DNA from: a plasmid
Strand: one strand, 5' to 3'
Length of the DNA: 64,000 nt
Sequence record: NZ_CP072388.1
Part shown: positions 48,305 to 57,480 of the stretch, in pieces
How the letters are laid out: every line of letters starts with the position of its first letter
Position numbering within the stretch: position 1 is the stretch's first letter
The notes under the pieces: model-generated
Told to the model about the DNA's origin: nothing
Databases searched by the model: none
What the model saw: the letters and a program-made list of their open reading frames with translations, nothing else
Position numbers and translations under genes: made by a program

Positions 48305-49323
48305 CGGATCTCCTCCAGCGCCAGGGGCAGCTCGTCGGGGTTCGGGGTCTCGGGCGTGCCGGCCAGGTTCGCAAGGCCGGCGGCGTCGGCGAGCTCGGTG
48401 AGGTAGGCCTGGGCGTCCAGGGCGGCGGAGGCGCCGGTCCCGGCGGCCGTGATGGCCTGCCGGTAGGTGTGGTCGACCACGTCGCCGGCGGCGAACACGC
48501 CCGACAGGTTGGTGCGGGTGGAGCGGCCCTGGACCAGGATGTAACCGTCGTCGTCGAGGTCGACCTGGCCCTTGACCAGGTCGGTGCGCGGCTCGTGGCC
48601 GACGGCGACGAACAGGCCCGTCGCGGGCAGCTCGCGCTCGGCGCCGGTCACGGTGTCGCGCAGCGTCAGGCCCTCGACCTTGTTCTCTCCGCCGATCGCG
48701 GCGACCTCGCTGTTCCAGGCGAACTCGATCTTCGGGTCGTTCAGGGCGCGGTCGGCCATGATCTTCGACGCACGCAGCTCCCCACGGCGGTGCACGACGG
48801 TGACCTTGGACGCGAACCGGGTGAGGAACGTGGCCTCCTCCATCGCGGAGTCCCCGCCGCCGACGACCGCGATGTGCTGGTCGCGGAAGAAGAACCCGTC
48901 GCAGGTGCCGCACCAGGACACCCCGCGCCCGGACAGCCGCTCCTCCTCGGGCAGGCCGAGCTTGCGGTAGGCGGACCCGGTGGTCAGGATCACCGCCCGG
49001 GCCCGGTAGGTGTCGCCGCTGCCGGTGTGGAGCGTCTTGACCGGGCGGTCCAGCTCGAGGGACGTCACGTCGTCCCACACGATGCGCGCCCCGAACTTCT
49101 CGGCCTGGGCCCGCATGGCGTCCATGAGCTCAGGGCCTTGGATGCCGTCCGCGAACCCGGGGAAGTTCTCCACCTCGGTCGTGGTCATCAGCGCGCCACC
49201 GGCGGTGACCGAGCCGGCGACCACCACCGGCGCCAGGCCGGCACGGGCGGCGTAGATCGCCGCGGTGTACCCGGCGGGGCCCGACCCCACGATCACGATC
49301 TCCTGAACCTCTTGCATCGACAT
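48301..49323 (-). CDS. trxB: Thioredoxin-disulfide reductase
   Basis: [16 protein letters not shown] redox centre, GGGDSA NADPH motif. Confidence 0.9.
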   Translation of the reverse strand: MSMQEVQEIVIVGSGPAGYTAAIYAARAGLAPVVVAGSVTAGGALMTTTEVENFPGFADGIQGPELMDAMRAQAEKFGARIVWDDVTSLELDRPVKTLHTGSGDTYRARAVILTTGSAYRKLGLPEEERLSGRGVSWCGTCDGFFFRDQHIAVVGGGDSAMEEATFLTRFASKVTVVHRRGELRASKIMADRALNDPKIEFAWNSEVAAIGGENKVEGLTLRDTVTGAERELPATGLFVAVGHEPRTDLVKGQVDLDDDGYILVQGRSTRTNLSGVFAAGDVVDHTYRQAITAAGTGASAALDAQAYLTELADAAGLANLAGTPETPNPDELPLALEEIR

Positions 49324-49343
49324 GCCTCTATGTTGACACCGGT

Positions 49344-49386
49344 CGATGCAGCGCGCAAGGTGGATATCGATGAACGTCGATGCAAC
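49344..49386. promoter_or_regulatory. Candidate ArsR operator repeats (tcgatgca ... atatcgatgaacgtcgatgca) in the trxB/DUF2180 divergent region
   Basis: Shares the TATCGATG motif with 36952 and 52025. Confidence 0.35.
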
Positions 49387-49398
49387 AGGAAGTGGATC

Positions 49399-49656
49399 AT
49401 GAACTGTTACGAGCACGCGCAGGAAGGCCGCGAGACGGTCGCCGTGGGGGTCTGCCCGCGCTGTGGCGCCGCGGTCTGCGCCGAGCACGCGGGGGAGTGT
49501 CGGGTCGAGATCGTTCGGAGCAACGGTGTCGGGTCGCCGACCCTCGGGCAGCACCGGGTCGTGTGCTGCGACCGGTGCCGCGCCTCTGGAGCTTGTGCCG
49601 GCGTGTGGCGGGCGGGCGTCGACGGCGCGCGTGAGCCGGCTGGTCGCGGCGTGTAG
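49399..49656 (+). CDS. DUF2180-family zinc-ribbon protein (paralog 2)
   Basis: MNCYEHAQ...[16 protein letters not shown] aggaag. Confidence 0.5.
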   Translation: MNCYEHAQEGRETVAVGVCPRCGAAVCAEHAGECRVEIVRSNGVGSPTLGQHRVVCCDRCRASGACAGVWRAGVDGAREPAGRGV

Positions 49657-49705
49657 CGCTCAGTTCACCGTGCTCGGAAGAAGCCCTGGTGGGTCGCCGG
49701 GGCGG

Positions 49706-50926
49706 TCATGCAGCGTTTGGGCGGTGCACCCCGGTCGACAGGGCGATGAGTGCCGCGAGGGCGGCGGACGCGGCAAGGACCGCGAACGTCGCCGGGTAGG
49801 AGCCGGTGGCGCCGGTGAACGCGGCGGCCGCCCAGGGCGCCAGTGCCATCGCGAGCGTGGTGGGGGCGTTGAGGATCCCGAACAAGACGCCGTACGAGCC
49901 CGATCCCCACCGGTCGCTGATCGCGGTGGACTGCAGCAGCGTGAATGCGCCGCGCGCCACGCCGAGGGCGACGGCGGCGGCGATGAGCGCGGTGGCCGGT
50001 CCGTCGAGCAGCCCGACGATGGCGATCGTCAGGGCCGAGGTGCCGAGGAGCGCGCTGGCGCGGACGGGTGGTGTGGTGCGCGCGGCGAGCGATCCGTACG
50101 CGATGCGCCCCAGGAGCTGACCCGCGCCGGACAGGCCGAGCGCCCACGCGGCCGCAGCCGCTGTCAGGCCGCGCCAGGTCAGCATCGGCACCAGATGGAT
50201 GGTGGCGGCGAACATCGCGAACGCGCCCAGCGCGGTGGCGCAGGTCAGGGCGAGGAACGCTCGAGAGCGCGCGATCGTTCGCCACCCGCCTCCGCCGTGT
50301 GCGTGCTGGGCGGTCTCGAGGGGCGGCCAGGGTGCGCGCAGGCCGATTGCGTGCGCGGGGATGGTCGTCAGGGCGAGCAGGACGGCCAGGAAGAGGTAGG
50401 TCTGGCGCCATCCCGCGTGCTGGACCAGGGCGGCGGTCAGGGGCGCGAAGATCGTGCTCGCGAGCCCTGCCACCAGGGTCAGCACGAGCAGGGCCCGGGT
50501 CCGCGCGGGCCCGTACCAGCGGGTGATCGCGGTGAACGCCGGGGCGTAGAGCACCATCGACTGGGCGACGCCGACCATGACCCAGGCGGCGAGGAACCAA
50601 CCCAGGGACGGGGCAAGCGCGACGGCGATCACGGCGACGCTCGCCAGGACGGACCCAGTGGTCATCACCGCCCGGGGACCGTGGTGATCGATGCGTCTGC
50701 CCACGAGCACGCCCGCGCCGGCTGCGACGACCAGGGCCGCGGAAAACGCGGCCGTCGCGCTGGCTGGCGACCAGCCGGTGTCGGCCGTGATGGCCGGCAA
50801 GGCGACCGGGAAGGAGTAGTACAGGACGCCCCACCCCACGACCTGGGTCAGGCACAAGGCCGCGAGGGTGCCGCGTGGGCCGGTGCGCAGACCGGCGTCG
50901 CCTCGGCCCCTCTGCGTGGTGGTCAC
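49706..50926 (-). CDS. MFS transporter (ars-associated, ArsK/ArsJ-like candidate)
   Basis: 12 TM helices, MFS. Embedded in the ars cluster. Confidence 0.7.
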   Translation of the reverse strand: MTTTQRGRGDAGLRTGPRGTLAALCLTQVVGWGVLYYSFPVALPAITADTGWSPASATAAFSAALVVAAGAGVLVGRRIDHHGPRAVMTTGSVLASVAVIAVALAPSLGWFLAAWVMVGVAQSMVLYAPAFTAITRWYGPARTRALLVLTLVAGLASTIFAPLTAALVQHAGWRQTYLFLAVLLALTTIPAHAIGLRAPWPPLETAQHAHGGGGWRTIARSRAFLALTCATALGAFAMFAATIHLVPMLTWRGLTAAAAAWALGLSGAGQLLGRIAYGSLAARTTPPVRASALLGTSALTIAIVGLLDGPATALIAAAVALGVARGAFTLLQSTAISDRWGSGSYGVLFGILNAPTTLAMALAPWAAAAFTGATGSYPATFAVLAASAALAALIALSTGVHRPNAA

Positions 50927-52005
50927 GACCGAGTCAGCGTACGCACGGTGCGTGCGTGCGCGCTGACCGCCGCGGCGACGTGGGCGGCGTCGCGGTGCAC
51001 GCCGCGCAGCGTGTTCGAGGCGAACGAGCGCTGCAGCTCCAGCCCCACGAACCCCAGTCCCGGCCGGGCGAGCGAGATCCCGCCGCGCTGGCGCGGCATA
51101 CCGCGCTCGTCCAGCAAGGCCAGGTCACCGAGGTAGTCCAGCGCGGGCCGGTACCCGGTGGCCAGCACGAGGGCGTTGACGCGTTCGCGTGCCCCGTCTG
51201 CCCACACCACCCCGTCCTGGTCGACCGCGCTGAACATCGCGCGCGAGTCCACGGTGCCGTTCGCCAGCGCCTCGCGATAGCTGCCGGCGTCCAGGACCAG
51301 CGGCCCACGCACCACGCGTCGAAGCACCGCCGGGGGGAAGCGGTCGAAGCCGGTGACGCGGAACCAGAAGTGCACGTCCCGCCCCAGCGGGCGCTGGGTC
51401 GCGAACACGACGGGCTGGCGCGTCGCGAGGGTCACGTCGCTCACTTGCGCGAGCTCGTGCGCGATCTGCACCCCCGAGTTCCCGCCACCGACGACCACGA
51501 CGCGCTCCCCGGCGAACGACGAGGGATCGCAGTACTGGGCCGCGTGCACCACCCGGCCCGTGAAGTGCTCCAGCCCAGCAACGCTCGGACGCACAGGGTT
51601 GGCGAACGACCCCGTCGCCGCGATCACCCCGCTCGCGTCGAGCTCGACCCCGTCGCCCGTGCGCACCACGAACCCGGTCCCCGCCGGCTCGACCCCCACC
51701 ACCCGGGTTCCCGTCCGCACCTCGACCCCGAGGTGGTCGGCGTACCGGTGCAGGTGCTCGACCACCTCGTCCCGCGCCGGGTACCGGTCCGGGTCCCCCC
51801 CGAAGCCGAACCCGGGGAAGCCGCTGTACCGGGCCGGGGAGAACAGCCGCAGGCTGTCGTAGTACGACGGCCACGACCCCACCGGTCGGTCGCCCGCCTC
51901 CAGCACGAGCGGCTCGAGACCTCGCTCGCGCACGGCCCTGGCCGCGGCCAGGCCCGACTGGCCGGCACCGCTGATGATCACGGGGAGCGTCGTTGACGTC
52001 GTCAC
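50923..52005 (-). CDS. FAD/NAD(P)-binding oxidoreductase (ArsO-like flavin monooxygenase family)
   Basis: IISGAGQSGLAAARAV and VVGGGNSGVQIA dinucleotide motifs. Divergent from arsR. Confidence 0.7.
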   Translation of the reverse strand: MTTSTTLPVIISGAGQSGLAAARAVRERGLEPLVLEAGDRPVGSWPSYYDSLRLFSPARYSGFPGFGFGGDPDRYPARDEVVEHLHRYADHLGVEVRTGTRVVGVEPAGTGFVVRTGDGVELDASGVIAATGSFANPVRPSVAGLEHFTGRVVHAAQYCDPSSFAGERVVVVGGGNSGVQIAHELAQVSDVTLATRQPVVFATQRPLGRDVHFWFRVTGFDRFPPAVLRRVVRGPLVLDAGSYREALANGTVDSRAMFSAVDQDGVVWADGARERVNALVLATGYRPALDYLGDLALLDERGMPRQRGGISLARPGLGFVGLELQRSFASNTLRGVHRDAAHVAAAVSAHARTVRTLTRS

Positions 52006-52015
52006 ATCCGTAACG

Positions 52016-52063
52016 TATCGATGATTCGCAATATGTCAATACGACGATGGATCGAGATACGCT
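52016..52063. promoter_or_regulatory. Candidate ArsR operator (cgtatcgatg ... cgatggatcgagatacg) in the divergent intergenic region
   Basis: GTATCGATG plus an inverted GATACG, 6-bp arms. Confidence 0.35.
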
Positions 52064-52069
52064 CCAGGG

Positions 52070-52399
52070 ATGAGCACGCCGACAAGCCGCCCAGCGGTCG
52101 TGGAAGCTGCGCCGCTCGCGCTGGCCGAGGCGACGCACGACTTTCTCAGCGCGTTGGCGAGCCCCACACGCCAGCGTGTCCTGCTGCTGTTCGCGCGCGG
52201 CGGCGAGCTCGCGGTCGGGGAGGTGGCCGAACGTGCAGGCATCAGCCAGCCCACTGCATCCCAGCACCTGCAGATCCTGCGCCGTGGTGGCATTGTGACC
52301 TCGCGCCGCCAAGGCCGGGTCGTGCTCTACCGCGCCGACCGCGACGGCGTGGCGCGTGCGCTGAGCGACCTGCAGGCCTATCTCCAAGCGTGCTGCTGA
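52070..52399 (+). CDS. arsR: ArsR-family regulator with C-terminal Cys pair
   Basis: LASPTRQRVLLLF...GISQPTASQHLQIL. Ends QACC. Confidence 0.8.
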   Translation: MSTPTSRPAVVEAAPLALAEATHDFLSALASPTRQRVLLLFARGGELAVGEVAERAGISQPTASQHLQILRRGGIVTSRRQGRVVLYRADRDGVARALSDLQAYLQACC

Positions 52400-52426
52400 G
52401 CACCTGGAGGTCGTCGCGCCGCTCGC

Positions 52427-54955
52427 TCAGCCGTCTGGGTCCGAGCTCGCACGTTCCGCCCTGATGGCTGAGGGCGGCCCCGTAGGCGAGAGCTGGGCGA
52501 CCTCCTGCCTACGGGTTCGCAGGTGCCTGAGACTCTCTTCCAGGGCCGCAACCTCTCCGAGCCAGACTCGCTCGCGCGCCTCTCGCAGCCGGGCTTCGGC
52601 GTTCACGGTCATCTCGTCGAGGCGGCCGGCCTGTGCGGGGTCGACCTTGAGGAAGCGGCATCGGGTGCAGGCGTGCTCGTGCACGCACGGGGTGCCGTAC
52701 GGGCGGCGGCAGTCGCCGAGGGCGACCTTGCGCAGCAGGAAGTGTTGCTCGAACTCGTTCCACTCGTCGGGGGTGGCCGTGCGCAGCTCTTCCTCGGGGC
52801 GGGTGTGCCGGCGTCGCTCGACGAAGGCGTGGTGGGCCTGGATGACGTGCTCGGGGAAGACGGCTGTGTAGCCGCGGGTCGTGTCGAGGTTCAGATGCCC
52901 CAGGAGCGTGGAGACGATGTGCAGCGGGAGGCCTGCGCCGACGAGGTCGGTGGCGAACAGGCGTCTGAAGTCGTGCGGAGTGAACCGTACGGGGGTCTCG
53001 CCGTCGTGGATCCCTGCTCGGTCGGCGACCTGGTGCAGGAGCGTGCGCACGTACTGGGCGGAGAGCACGCTCTGCCGGGAGCCGATCCTGCGGGCGAACA
53101 GGTGGGGGAGCGGGTCGCTGAACACCTTCTCGTTCGGGTCGTACCGGACCGACAGGGGGACGCTCGGGCTGCCGCCGCGTGCGCGGCGTTGGACCTCGAC
53201 AAGGACCTTGACCAGGTCGGGGCTCATCGGGACGAGGCGTTCGGCGTCGGTCTTCGACGGGACGATGTGCAGCAGCGGCACGATGGTGTTGGTGGTCGGC
53301 GCGACGTAGTGCCGCAGGGACAGCTGCGTGAGCTCGAGGAGCTCTTCGATCCGCACTCCCGTCTCGCGCAACGACTCGACCACGGCCCATGCCCAGAAGC
53401 TGTCGGCCTCCAGGCGAGAGATGCACACCAGGCCGCGTTGCGCCGGTGGGATGCGGGCGTGCTCGGCGATCTCGACGATCCGGGCCCAGACCTGGTTGCG
53501 CGCAGCTCGGTTCGAGTGGAGGGGCGGGTCGTGGCGTTCGTAGGTGATGCCATCGACGGTGAACCGCTCGCCGTGACCGGCCGTGACGGCTGCGGCCAGC
53601 AGCCGGCTCCCGTCCTCTCGTAGCGCGTGGGCGGCGGCGGTGAACCGTGGAAGGTGCGGGGTGAGTGTCCGGGTACGTGCTTGCATGCGCGAGCGTCGTT
53701 GACGGTTGGCCTTCGACGCGCTCCGGGACTCGTGTCGTGGGACGGGGCAGGGCGCGACCCAGTAGGCCCAGCGTTCGGGCTCCTCGTGGGACCACTCGGC
53801 CAGGTCGCGGTAGAGCGCGCGTACCGAGAAGAACACCGACGCCACGTCGCGACGCGGGTGTCCGTCAAGAGTCGTGGCGAGCCGCTCACGCCACCGAACA
53901 GCGACCGCCGGAGCCAGACGCAAGTCGGCCTGATCCGGATTCAGGGCGAGGACCTGTCCCCAGAAGAGGCGCACCAGCCGATACGACAGGCCTTCCAACG
54001 ACCCGTAGTCCAGGCTCGCGCGCAGCTCGCCGAGGTAGTCGACCAGCAGGTCCAGAACCCCTGAGTGCGGGAGGCCGTACCGGGCGACGAGGGTCTGGAC
54101 GGAGTGCTGGCGAGAGTTCCCGGCTGCCGCCCAGGCGGCCCGTAGCGTCGGCGGTTCACCGGCGAGGGGCCCCAGCGCGACCAGGAGCTCCCAGGCCAGG
54201 TGCTCCTTGTTGTGCCGCTGGGAGGTACGCACGACGTCGGCGTAGGCGAGCAGATCGTCGCCCGTGAGCCGTCCCAGGCGCTTGCCGGTGCGGATCAGGA
54301 CTCGCGCCAGGCAGGTCTCGGCGTTGCGGCGCGCGAGCTCGGGCGCGTGCTCATAGGCGGACAGTGCCCGTAGCCGGACCATGGCGTCGGGTTCGGCGGT
54401 GTCGAGGAACCGGGCTGACGGGGCGCGCCGGTAGTGCGCGGCTCGCAGCAGCCAGGAGTAGGAGGGCCGCACCGTGCGCGCCTCGATGAGCGACATCACG
54501 GCGATCGAGACGAGCTTCCTGTGCACGCCGGTCTGGAGAGCGACGGCATCGATGCCGCCGTTCGGTGCGGCGTCCAAGCCGCTGGAGATCCACCGTTCCT
54601 CCCACGTCGATCCCGGGTGCTGGGCGAGCCAGGTCAGCACCCTGCGTACGGCACGGTCGCGGGCACGCTGAGCTTTCGGGAGCGGCTGTGAACGGCCGGA
54701 CAGGTAGGACTCGACCCAGGTGCAGGTTGCCTCCACATCGAGGGTCTGCACGTGCGCGAGCTCGTGGTCGGGCTCTCGCAGTGGCGGCAGTAGGGCGGTG
54801 TCGTAGGCGGGCCGACCGCGCGTCCTGCCGTCCTTGGAGTGCATCGGGTCCGGTGCAACGGCCGCACGAAGGACCCGGGTGCGCCGTCTCGTCTCGGCTG
54901 CCTGTGCGCGCGAGGGCAACCTCGGGTCGAGCGCCACCTCGCCGGTGCCGCTCAC
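52427..54955 (-). CDS. Large tyrosine recombinase (Tn554 TnpB-like / phage-integrase family, 842 aa)
   Basis: C-terminal catalytic domain with R...HDFRRLFATDLVGAGLPLHIVSTLLGHLNLDTTRGY (His-x-x-Arg, Tyr). Long N-terminal extension. Confidence 0.75.
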   Translation of the reverse strand: MSGTGEVALDPRLPSRAQAAETRRRTRVLRAAVAPDPMHSKDGRTRGRPAYDTALLPPLREPDHELAHVQTLDVEATCTWVESYLSGRSQPLPKAQRARDRAVRRVLTWLAQHPGSTWEERWISSGLDAAPNGGIDAVALQTGVHRKLVSIAVMSLIEARTVRPSYSWLLRAAHYRRAPSARFLDTAEPDAMVRLRALSAYEHAPELARRNAETCLARVLIRTGKRLGRLTGDDLLAYADVVRTSQRHNKEHLAWELLVALGPLAGEPPTLRAAWAAAGNSRQHSVQTLVARYGLPHSGVLDLLVDYLGELRASLDYGSLEGLSYRLVRLFWGQVLALNPDQADLRLAPAVAVRWRERLATTLDGHPRRDVASVFFSVRALYRDLAEWSHEEPERWAYWVAPCPVPRHESRSASKANRQRRSRMQARTRTLTPHLPRFTAAAHALREDGSRLLAAAVTAGHGERFTVDGITYERHDPPLHSNRAARNQVWARIVEIAEHARIPPAQRGLVCISRLEADSFWAWAVVESLRETGVRIEELLELTQLSLRHYVAPTTNTIVPLLHIVPSKTDAERLVPMSPDLVKVLVEVQRRARGGSPSVPLSVRYDPNEKVFSDPLPHLFARRIGSRQSVLSAQYVRTLLHQVADRAGIHDGETPVRFTPHDFRRLFATDLVGAGLPLHIVSTLLGHLNLDTTRGYTAVFPEHVIQAHHAFVERRRHTRPEEELRTATPDEWNEFEQHFLLRKVALGDCRRPYGTPCVHEHACTRCRFLKVDPAQAGRLDEMTVNAEARLREARERVWLGEVAALEESLRHLRTRRQEVAQLSPTGPPSAIRAERASSDPDG

Positions 54956-56151
54956 GGTGTCCAGCCGAGCAGCTCACGCACGGCCGCCGCGTCGTAGTCG
55001 GGCTCGACAGCAGCAGGTGGCGGCTTGGGGCGGGAGAAGTGCTCGAGCACCTTGGCCAACACGTCCTCCATCCGGGGCTGGGTGTAAATCGTCGTGGTGA
55101 AGATGTTCACGTGGCGAAGGACCGTCTGGACGTCGACCAAGGTGAATGCCGGGTCGGCCAGCAGGCGCTCGGCGGCCGTGTGCCGCAGGTCGTGCAGCGT
55201 CCAGTTCGATCCGATCCCGCGTTGCGCGCGCGAGAACATGGCCCGAGCCGCGTGGTAGGTCAGTGGTCTGAGTGCCGCCCCGGTGCGCGTCCACCAGACC
55301 CGATCGCCGGGTGCCGCCGGCTGACCTTCGCGCATGTACAGCGCCAGCCACACGAACGCGTCCGGGCTCGCCGGGACGCGTTCTGGCGCGCGGCTTCCCT
55401 TGGTGACGACGGTGATCGTGTGCTCCCCGAAGTCGTAATCTCCGTGCCGCAGCTCCAGCAGCTCGGTTGCCCGCACGCCGCTGGAGAGCCAGAACGACAG
55501 CAGCGCTCGGTCACGGTGACACGTCAGCGCGTCGAAGATCTGGTCGACGTACTCGTCAGGGATGCCGCGCCAGCCGATCCTGGGTACCCGCTGGCGGTAC
55601 GGCGCCCGGGCATGCCGGCGAAATTCACGCATCGGGTCCTGGTGGGCGTTGACGCGGCCCCTGCCGGAACGCTGGGCGGGGACAGGGTTCACCAGCGGAC
55701 CCAGATCCGCGGCGAGCGCAAAGTCGTAGAACCCGGCCAGCACCGAAAGTTGGTGGTTGATCGTGCGCGGAGCAAAGCCTGTCGCGGGACTCGCCCTGCC
55801 GGTAACCATGTTGATCTCGGCGCCACGCTCTCCGCGTCGTAACGCGGTCGCCGTCGGTGCCGCCCGTAAGTACTCCACGAAGGCGCGCACGTCGACACGC
55901 TCAGCACGCTCCCACGCCACGAGCCGCTGGTGGAGGAACCGGAACCACCGGAGCAAGTCGTAGGCGTAGCTGCGGACCGTCGCGGGACTGCAGTCCGACG
56001 CAGACAGATCACGCAGGTACAAGGAGGCTGCTGCGTGCTCGAGATCGGGGAACACGACCCGGAACGGCAGGCCGGAGTCGCACTCCACGACCCGGCCCAC
56101 GGCGCCCGTCACGCGCGACAGCGTCCCATGACGCACACCGCACGTCACCAC
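54952..56151 (-). CDS. Tyrosine recombinase / integrase (Tn554 TnpA-like)
   Basis: HDLRHTAAERLL...LRHVNIFTTTIYT catalytic motifs. Stop overlaps the start of the large recombinase. Confidence 0.8.
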   Translation of the reverse strand: MVTCGVRHGTLSRVTGAVGRVVECDSGLPFRVVFPDLEHAAASLYLRDLSASDCSPATVRSYAYDLLRWFRFLHQRLVAWERAERVDVRAFVEYLRAAPTATALRRGERGAEINMVTGRASPATGFAPRTINHQLSVLAGFYDFALAADLGPLVNPVPAQRSGRGRVNAHQDPMREFRRHARAPYRQRVPRIGWRGIPDEYVDQIFDALTCHRDRALLSFWLSSGVRATELLELRHGDYDFGEHTITVVTKGSRAPERVPASPDAFVWLALYMREGQPAAPGDRVWWTRTGAALRPLTYHAARAMFSRAQRGIGSNWTLHDLRHTAAERLLADPAFTLVDVQTVLRHVNIFTTTIYTQPRMEDVLAKVLEHFSRPKPPPAAVEPDYDAAAVRELLGWTP

Positions 56152-56184
56152 TCGATCTAGGAAGTTCAGTCAACGTGCCGGTGC

Positions 56185-57063
56185 GTGCTCGTGCGCGACG
56201 ACGCGGGCGTGAGCCTGTGGTCGCGGCGTGGCACCGACCTGACGGCGACGTTCCCGGAGATCGCGGCCGCGGCCGCGGAGCAGGTCGCGCCGGGGGCCGT
56301 GCTCGACGGTGAGCTCGTGGTCTGGACCGGGGGCCGGCTCGACTTCGAGGTCTTGCAGGAGCGGATGGGCCGCGGCGCGCGCAGCGCGGCCGCGCACGCC
56401 CGGCGCCGGCCCGCGTCGTTCGCGCTGTTCGACGTCCTCGCCGTCGACGGGCGCGACGTGCGCGGGCGGCCGCTGCGCGAGCGGCGCGCGCTGCTCGAGG
56501 AGGCCGCGACGTCGTGGCGCCCGCCGCTGAACCTGTCCCCGGTGACCGGCGACGTCGACGAGGCGCGCGAGTGGTTCGAGACGTACACGGTGGCCGGTGT
56601 CGAAGGCTTGGTCGTCAAGGGCGCCGGCGAGGCGTACCGGGGCGGGGAGCGGGCCTGGTTGAAGGTCAAGCACCGGGCCACGCTCGACGTCGTGTGCGCC
56701 GCGGTGATCGGCACCATGACCCAGCCGCAACAGGTCGTAGCCGGCCTGCCGATCGACGGCGAGCTGCGCATCGTCGGGCGCACCGGCCCGCTCACGCCGA
56801 CGGCGCGCCGCGCTCTCGCCGTCCACCTGCGACCGCCAGCAGGGGAGCACCCCTGGCCGGCGCAGGTGGCACCGGGTGCGTTCGGCCGGTTCAACGCCGA
56901 CCGCTCCGAACCGGTCACGCTCACGCGGGTCGAGCCGCTCGTCGTCGAGGTCAGCGCCGACGCCGCCTGGTCAGGCCGGTCTTTCCGCCACGCCCTACGT
57001 CTGCTCCGCGCCCGCCCGGACGCCGAGGTCTCCGCCGTGGAACCGCCACGTCGGGGCCAGTGA
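56185..57063 (+). pseudogene. 5'-truncated ATP-dependent DNA ligase (LigC/LigD ligase-domain fragment lacking motif I)
   Basis: Motifs III LDGELVV, IV EGLVVK, V WLKVK present. KxDG adenylation motif absent. In-frame TAG at 56158 immediately upstream. Abuts the recombinase gene start. Confidence 0.6.
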
Positions 57064-57438
57064 TCGACCCTATGGGCTTGCGGCTGGGCCCCGCCCGAGC
57101 GTGCTCGGGCGGGGCCCCGTCGCTACGGCTGTTCGCCGCCGGCTTCCGTGCCGACCGTCGAGCTCTGGCTACCGGTGATGGGGCTCAGGCACTGGGCGAG
57201 GTCCGGCGCCTGGGTGGGGCCGCCGAACCCCAGAAGCGAGAGCGCCAGGAGGACGATCGCGACGTTGCTGTAGGAATCAGCGGGCCGCTGATCAGGGGGG
57301 ATGGACATGGACACCTTCCTTGTAGGAAACGAGGGAGGTGGCCAGCCATGCGAACGCTCGCACGCAGGGAGTGGCCTCGTGGTGTGCAGCGCTCAGCGCG
57401 ACGCTGGCTGTAGTGCCGAGCACTACAGGCAGTGATGG

Positions 57439-57480
57439 GTTGAACACGTCACCGCGAGGCTTGGCCCTGACGTGTTCAAC
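57439..57480. repeat. Perfect 13-bp inverted repeat GTTGAACACGTCA-N16-TGACGTGTTCAAC
   Basis: Seen directly. Lies in a lower-GC, ORF-poor stretch. Confidence 0.5.
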
